DNA from: Patescibacteria group bacterium | GTDB taxonomy: Bacteria > Patescibacteriota > Saccharimonadia > Saccharimonadales > CAIOMD01 | Direction: 5' to 3' | NCBI GenBank assembly: GCA_035510605.1 | Contig: DATKGW010000006.1 | Span: 1 to 59,588 of the forward strand | DNA length: 59,588 nt | Shown here: positions 54,231 through 59,588 of the stretch, one piece after another | Numbering within the stretch: the first letter of the stretch is position 1 | How the letters are laid out: every line of letters begins with the position of its first letter | Notes under the pieces: generated by a model | Database searches by the model: none | Told to the model about the DNA's origin: nothing | What the model saw: the letters and a program-made list of their open reading frames with translations, nothing else | Program-made: the position numbers and the translations under genes

Positions 54231-55769
54231 TTATAAGTCGTGGAGCGTGTTTATGCGTGCACCAAGCTCTTGCAACCGTTCGACCAATGATTCATAACCT
54301 CTGTTAATTGAGTACACATTTCGCAAAACCGATTTTCCCGGTGCTGCCAACATGGCTGTCAGTATTATTGCGGCTGGGCGCAAGGCGGGCGGGCAAATAA
54401 CTTCTGCGGCTTTAAATTTAGTTGGCCCGGCGACAATCACGCGATGCGGATCCAGCAGACGAACCTGGGCGCCAAGTTTATTAAGCTCAGTAAAATAAAT
54501 TGCCCTATCTTCGTAAACCCAGTCATGGATTAAGGTTTCACCCTTAGCTATAGCGGCAATCGGTACGAAAAAAGGTAAATTATCCATGTTTATACCGGGG
54601 TATGGCATAGCGTGAATTTTATCATCCAAAGCAGTTAATATACCATGGTGGTGAGTTGTGATGTCGACTAGCCTGGTATGCCCGTTTTTAGCTGTATATT
54701 CTGGGCTAAAGGTGAATTTTAAGCCCATTTTTTGAAGTTTTAAAAGCTCAAGTTCCAAAAAATCTATCGGGCATCTGTTTAATTTGATGTTTGAGTTGGT
54801 TAAAACGGCTGCCGTGATAAATAACATTGCCTCTAAGGGGTCTTCGCTGGCAGCATAATGAACTCGTTTATGGATTTCGCTTACACCGTGAACGGTCAGG
54901 GTGCTGGTGCCGATTCCGTCAATCCTAACACCCATTTTTTGTAAAAATAGACAAACATCCTGGACCATATAATTGGATGAAGCAAAGCGGATAATGGTTT
55001 TGCCTTTGGCCATGGCTGCCGCAAACAAGGTGTTCTCGGTAGCGGTATCGCCGGTTTCGTACATGGTAATTTGGCCGGGTTCTTGTTTCTTGACGGTTAC
55101 GCGATATTCACCACTAATGGTTTTAATATTTGCACCAAATCGTTCAAGAGAATATTTGTGGGCAGCAATCGTCCGTTTACCGAGGCTGCAACCACCAGCA
55201 TAAGGTAATGAAAATTCTTTATAACGGTGTATCAGAGCTCCCATAAGCATAATAATACTGCGGGTTTTTTTGGCCGATTCAACGTTGATATTTTCTAATT
55301 GCAAACGGGCAGGTGGTTTGATTTCTAGGTCACCTTTTATCCAACGGACACGTACGCCGATACTTTGCAAGACCTCAATAATTCTAAAAACTTCTTCGAT
55401 TTGGGGGACTTGTTCAAGATAAGTCGTGCCACGATTAAGTAGAGAACCGGCCAGTAACGCCACAGACGCGTTTTTGGATGTTTTCATAATTATTTCACCA
55501 TGCAGTTCATGGCCGCCCTCGATTTCAAAACCAAGAGAACCGGGGTTAAGACTGACAATATTACGCCCTAAAGCCGTACTAACTCTGGATATGGTGTCGA
55601 GGCTTAAGTTTTGTTTGCCTTGCTCGATCCGGTTAACTGCCGATTGGCTGGTTTTTAGGCGTTTGGCAAACTCCGATTGGGTAAGTCCGCGTTCTTGTCT
55701 TATTTGATAGATTAACTGGCCTATTTTTTGGTTATTTGTACTCATACGTTCGGTAATTATATCAAGCAA
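54231..55769 (-). CDS. murA: XRE-type HTH domain fused to UDP-N-acetylglucosamine 1-carboxyvinyltransferase (MurA)
   Basis: N-terminus IRQERGLTQSEFAKRLKTSQSAVNRIEQGKQNLSL (an HTH_3-like domain). Then a MurA fold: GHELHGEIIMKTSKNASVALLAGSLL, and the catalytic-Cys loop LPYAGGCSLGKRTIAAH. Confidence 0.8.
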   Translation of the reverse strand: MLDIITERMSTNNQKIGQLIYQIRQERGLTQSEFAKRLKTSQSAVNRIEQGKQNLSLDTISRVSTALGRNIVSLNPGSLGFEIEGGHELHGEIIMKTSKNASVALLAGSLLNRGTTYLEQVPQIEEVFRIIEVLQSIGVRVRWIKGDLEIKPPARLQLENINVESAKKTRSIIMLMGALIHRYKEFSLPYAGGCSLGKRTIAAHKYSLERFGANIKTISGEYRVTVKKQEPGQITMYETGDTATENTLFAAAMAKGKTIIRFASSNYMVQDVCLFLQKMGVRIDGIGTSTLTVHGVSEIHKRVHYAASEDPLEAMLFITAAVLTNSNIKLNRCPIDFLELELLKLQKMGLKFTFSPEYTAKNGHTRLVDITTHHHGILTALDDKIHAMPYPGINMDNLPFFVPIAAIAKGETLIHDWVYEDRAIYFTELNKLGAQVRLLDPHRVIVAGPTKFKAAEVICPPALRPAAIILTAMLAAPGKSVLRNVYSINRGYESLVERLQELGARINTLHDL

Positions 55770-55815
55770 GGTAATAATAAAGCAATTCGTTGGGGCGTGA
55801 TATACTATTTCAGTT

Positions 55816-57096
55816 ATGTTGCACGATCCCGAATTACAAAAGTTGGTAGAAGCCGAAGAAACTCGACAACGTGATGGTTTTGAGCTGATTCCATCCGAAA
55901 ACTATGTTAGCCGTGATATTTTAAATGCTCTTGGTAGCGTATTTACAAATAAATATTCCGAAGGTTATCCGGGCAAGCGTTATTACGGCGGTCAAATTAA
56001 CACTGACAAAGTTGAAACAATCGCCATTGAAACCGCCAAGCAATTATTTAGAGCCGATCATGCCAATGTCCAGCCTCATTCCGGTGCCCAGGCCAACGAG
56101 TGTGTTTACCATGCCTGGCTGGAGCCAGGCGATACGGTGCTGGCCATGGATTTAAGTCACGGCGGCCATTTAACTCACGGCCATCCGCATACAGCCTTGG
56201 CCAGATTTTATAACTATGTGCATTATAAAATTAAAGATATTGAAACGGGCGAGATTGATTTTGATAACCTGCGCGAGCTGGCTAAAAAACATCAGCCGAA
56301 GATTATTTTAGCCGGCTATTCGTCATTCCCGCGGGCGCTGGATTATGCCAAGTTTGCCGAAATCGGTAACGAAGTCGGAGCAGTTTTGATGGCGGATATT
56401 GCTCATATTGCCGGTTTAATCGCCGGTGGAGCTATGGCTAACCCCTTTGACTCGGGTTTTCATGTCGTCAGTACCACTACACATAAAACTTTAAGAGGCC
56501 CACGTTCGGGCTTAATCCTGACCAAAGGCAAACCCAGTAATCCGTTGGTGGCGGTTGAAAAAACCGTAGAACACTTACCAACTTTGATAGACCGCACGGT
56601 TTTCCCGGGCGTACAGGGAGGCCCGCACATGAATACGATTCTGGCAAAAGCCGTTTGTTTTCGTGAGGCTCAAAAACCGGAGTTTAAAACCTATGTTAAA
56701 AATGTAATTGCTAACTCAAAAAAATTAGCCGACGAGCTAATGAAGCAGGGTGTCAAACTGGTTACTAACGGAACTGATAACCATATGATGTTGCTGGATG
56801 TCCATAAAAGTTATGGCATTAATGGCCAAATTGCCGAAACCGCGCTTGATAAAGCCGGCCTGACGGCTAATAAAAATGTTATCCCGGATGACCCGCTGCC
56901 AATGTATACGCCGAGTGGTGTTCGATTAGGTACACCGGCTATCACTACCCGCGGATTAACGTTAAAGCATATGCCGCAATTGGCCGTTTGGATTGTGCAG
57001 GCCATCCTAAGTCGTGACGATGATAAAAAACTGGCTCAAATCAAAAAAGAAGTAACAAATTTAGCCAGGCAATTTCCTCTACCGTCCAGCCATTAA
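55816..57096 (+). CDS. glyA: serine hydroxymethyltransferase
   Basis: SENYVS, GYPGKRYYGG, SHGGHLTHG, TTTHKTLRGPR. Confidence 0.97.
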   Translation: MLHDPELQKLVEAEETRQRDGFELIPSENYVSRDILNALGSVFTNKYSEGYPGKRYYGGQINTDKVETIAIETAKQLFRADHANVQPHSGAQANECVYHAWLEPGDTVLAMDLSHGGHLTHGHPHTALARFYNYVHYKIKDIETGEIDFDNLRELAKKHQPKIILAGYSSFPRALDYAKFAEIGNEVGAVLMADIAHIAGLIAGGAMANPFDSGFHVVSTTTHKTLRGPRSGLILTKGKPSNPLVAVEKTVEHLPTLIDRTVFPGVQGGPHMNTILAKAVCFREAQKPEFKTYVKNVIANSKKLADELMKQGVKLVTNGTDNHMMLLDVHKSYGINGQIAETALDKAGLTANKNVIPDDPLPMYTPSGVRLGTPAITTRGLTLKHMPQLAVWIVQAILSRDDDKKLAQIKKEVTNLARQFPLPSSH

Positions 57097-58562
57097 TTAT
57101 TAGCCAGATTGCGAGCTTTTTTGTTATATCGCCTAATACGACTTAAGGCATCACTGGTAACGCATTGCTCTATCCATTTATCGGTGGGGTGAGCTTTGGA
57201 ATTGGTGACTATTTCAACGATATCTTCATTGTTTAACGGAGTTTTTAGGGCCATATATTTGCCATTAATCCGGCCGCCACTGGCGTGCTCGCCAACCTGA
57301 GTATGAACGGCATAGGCAAAATCTAAAATGGTGGCCCCAACCGGTAGATCAATAACGTCACCTTTGGGGGTAAATACAAAGATTCTATCCTGCACAAAAT
57401 CCGTGCTGAGCCGTTTTAAATAATCACTCGGGCTTAAATCGGCTTTTTGAAGCTCTCTGAGCTGCGCAACCCAAGCAAAACTTTCCTGATAATTTCCAGA
57501 ATGGAACTGATCCATTTTATAACTGTGGTGGCTGGCGATACCGTATTCATCGAATTCATGCATGGCAACAGTTCTAATTTGAATCTCTACATTTAGACCA
57601 TCACCGCTAAACACCACGGTGTGCAAACTTTGGTAACCATTTGGTTTTGGTACGGCGATAAAATCTTTGATTCGATTTGGTACCGGCCGCCAATGCTCAT
57701 GAACAGCTCCCAGGGCTTTATAGCAATCACTTACCGTATTAACCAAAGCTCTGAGGGCTACCAAATCGTAGATTCTATCAACCTCCCAGTTATATCTTTC
57801 CAATTTTTTGTACAGGCTGTAGACTCCTTTAATGCGTTTATCGATTATGGGTAAATAACCCAAAGAAGTGTGCAAGTCAACCGATAAATTTCTATACATT
57901 TTTGTGATTGTACTGGCACTTTTTTTGATTTGAGTGTCCATTAGAGTTTTGGTTTTTTTGTATTCTTCGGGGTAGGCATAGGGGAAGGCCAGATCATTAA
58001 TTGTGCTGACTAATTTACCCATTCCCAACCTGGACGCTAACGGGGCAAAAATCATGATACTTTCCAGGGCAATGTGTTTTTGCCTTTCAGTGTCGAGATA
58101 TTGCAAAGTCTCCAGATTGTGCCATCTGTCGGCCAATTTTAATATAACCACTCTTAGATCCTGGGCTACCGATATAAGAAATTTGCGGAGTGATTCCACA
58201 AATCTTTCATTACCTAAGTATTGGACTTTGTCTAACTTGCTGACACCCTCTACCAAGTTGGCAATTTCATCGCCAAAATTCTTTCTAATTTCATCAATAG
58301 TTACTTTAGTATCTTCTATGGTGTCGTGGAGTAGGGCTGCACAGATTAGCGTAGGATCCATACCGAGTTCTAAGACATGTCGTGCCACCGGCACGCAGTG
58401 GTCTGTAAAATAGTCGTTACCACTAGCCCGGACTTGCATTTTATGGGCTTTGGCTCCAAAATCATAAGCTTTATTAATCAAAGCCAGCTCAGATGTACTA
58501 ATGTCGGCCGACTCGGCTTTTATATGAGCTATAAAGCTGGCTTTATCTGATACGCTACTCAT
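57093..58562 (-). CDS. rel: bifunctional (p)ppGpp synthetase/hydrolase (RelA/SpoT homolog; HD, synthetase and TGS domains, no ACT)
   Basis: HDTIEDT, DLVALRALV, PKPNGYQSLHTVV, VFTPKGDVIDLPVGATILDFAY. The start is set at MSSVSDK to avoid overlapping murB. Confidence 0.9.
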   Translation of the reverse strand: MSSVSDKASFIAHIKAESADISTSELALINKAYDFGAKAHKMQVRASGNDYFTDHCVPVARHVLELGMDPTLICAALLHDTIEDTKVTIDEIRKNFGDEIANLVEGVSKLDKVQYLGNERFVESLRKFLISVAQDLRVVILKLADRWHNLETLQYLDTERQKHIALESIMIFAPLASRLGMGKLVSTINDLAFPYAYPEEYKKTKTLMDTQIKKSASTITKMYRNLSVDLHTSLGYLPIIDKRIKGVYSLYKKLERYNWEVDRIYDLVALRALVNTVSDCYKALGAVHEHWRPVPNRIKDFIAVPKPNGYQSLHTVVFSGDGLNVEIQIRTVAMHEFDEYGIASHHSYKMDQFHSGNYQESFAWVAQLRELQKADLSPSDYLKRLSTDFVQDRIFVFTPKGDVIDLPVGATILDFAYAVHTQVGEHASGGRINGKYMALKTPLNNEDIVEIVTNSKAHPTDKWIEQCVTSDALSRIRRYNKKARNLANN

Positions 58563-58567
58563 TTTAG

Positions 58568-59584
58568 TTAAATTATTTCTGGTTCCGGTTCTAAAATTAC
58601 GCCAAATTTTTGGTTGACGGTACTGATTATGTGTTCGACCATTAGCCAAAGATCGGTAAAACTCTTCGCCGATTCGTTTATTAGTACCAAAGCCTGCTTA
58701 TCGTAAACCCAAATACCATTTTGCTTGTAACTTTTTAAACCTGATTGGTCAATTAGCCAAGCGGCAGCTAACTTTTCCGTACCATCGGTTTGTGGATAGT
58801 GCGGCATATCCGGGTAAATTTGCAGGAGCCTTTTGGCTATATCGGGTGGCACAATGGGATTTTTAAAAAATGAACCGCTGTTAGCCAGTCTTACGGGATC
58901 TGGTAATTTTTCTTGGCGCAGTGCAATTACAGTTTGCCGCACATATTTTGGTTGGGGAATATTTATTCCACGATTGTTTAATTCCTCGATAAGCGAGGAG
59001 TAGTTTGGCGCCTGGTAGTTTTCGGGAGTTGGTTTTAGTTGCAGAGTAATCTGGCTGATAATAAACCGGCCATGCTCTTTGGTTTTAAATCGGCTATCGC
59101 GGTAACTAAATCCGCACTGGTCGTTTGGTATGTCGATGAATTGATTTATCGAAGTATCGAATGCCCGTACGCTCACCAAAGTATCTTTTATCTCTTGGCC
59201 ATAGGCCCCGATGTTATTTACCGGTGCAGCTCCAACGGTGCCGGGAATGGCAGATAATGATTCTATGCCGCACAGATTGGCATCAATGGCTTTTTGGACT
59301 ACTGCATCCCAAAACACACCACTACCGGCATGTACTAGACCAGTGGAATCATCGACTTCTAGGCCCATAACCCTGTTAATTAAGACGACTCCACTAAAAC
59401 CATTATCCCTGAAGACAATATTTGAGCCGGCACCCAAAGTAATCAATGGCGAATTTTTGGTTTTGGCATAAGATACGATTTCGGTAATATCTTGCTCGCT
59501 ATGTGCAACTATAATTTCATTGGCTGGGCCGCCAATCCGTATAGTCACATAATTAGCTAGTTGTTTGTCTGGCAAAATATCCAT
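58568..59584 (-). CDS. murB: UDP-N-acetylenolpyruvoylglucosamine reductase
   Basis: TIRIGGPA, LGAGSNIVF, GSGVFWD, IPGTVGAAPVNNIGAYG, SGSFFKNP. Confidence 0.93.
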   Translation of the reverse strand: MDILPDKQLANYVTIRIGGPANEIIVAHSEQDITEIVSYAKTKNSPLITLGAGSNIVFRDNGFSGVVLINRVMGLEVDDSTGLVHAGSGVFWDAVVQKAIDANLCGIESLSAIPGTVGAAPVNNIGAYGQEIKDTLVSVRAFDTSINQFIDIPNDQCGFSYRDSRFKTKEHGRFIISQITLQLKPTPENYQAPNYSSLIEELNNRGINIPQPKYVRQTVIALRQEKLPDPVRLANSGSFFKNPIVPPDIAKRLLQIYPDMPHYPQTDGTEKLAAAWLIDQSGLKSYKQNGIWVYDKQALVLINESAKSFTDLWLMVEHIISTVNQKFGVILEPEPEII

Positions 59585-59588
59585 ATAT

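Noticed and set aside
1-59588. Alternative genetic code (UGA as a sense codon, as in some CPR lineages), or global TAA reassignment.
   Set aside because: TGA terminates ruvC, ruvA and other genes at the expected lengths, and TAA terminates many conserved genes (recA, dnaK, ftsH). The two in-frame TAA codons are confined to otherwise damaged accessory genes.
1-59588. CRISPR arrays, rRNA genes, integrases/transposases, reverse transcriptase (DGR or retron).
   Set aside because: No regularly spaced short repeats were seen. No ORF in the track has recombinase, transposase or RT motifs.

Overview
The window is 59.6 kb of a small-genome bacterium that uses the standard genetic code. TGA ends conserved genes at the expected lengths. 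The gene content points to a Patescibacteria/CPR, Saccharibacteria-like organism, but that is inference only. That content includes a large type IV pilus locus with many pilin-like genes, an RRM protein and shortened HrcA, TsaB and TilS. Most of the window is housekeeping: tilS-ftsH-murJ-lepA, hrcA-grpE-dnaK-dnaJ behind CIRCE operators, rimK, yebC-ruvCAB, pilMNO plus pilins plus pilCB, recA-recX, tsaE-tsaB, rny, murA, glyA, rel and murB. Ten tRNA genes are present.

The unusual content concentrates around the tRNA genes and a few accessory intergenic regions:
- A tRNA(CAU) gene that looks like tRNA-Ile2 is split in its anticodon loop by a 598-nt group I intron. The intron core closely resembles the Azoarcus-type IC3 tRNA intron. 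It carries a decaying HNH endonuclease gene in antisense orientation.
- Two further paralogs of that Zn-ribbon/HNH gene sit in a tRNA cluster at 50.9-53.5 kb. Each is bracketed by a partial duplication of a tRNA gene: an exact 28-nt tRNA-Pro 5' repeat, and a roughly 42-nt imperfect repeat of the tRNA-Arg 3' end plus trailer.
- A complete hammerhead ribozyme core lies at 3556-3628, upstream of a decayed small gene.
- A 38-nt hairpin occurs twice with compensatory stem changes.
- A conserved TATAATT[AG]CCCCTGTTA promoter/discriminator motif recurs at tRNA loci.
- A 20-bp helix leader abuts tRNA-Met.
- A relBE islet flanked by repeats lies next to tRNA-Lys.
- There is a P-type ATPase-like protein without transmembrane segments, and an HTH-MurA fusion.

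No CRISPR array, rRNA, integrase, transposase or reverse transcriptase was seen.
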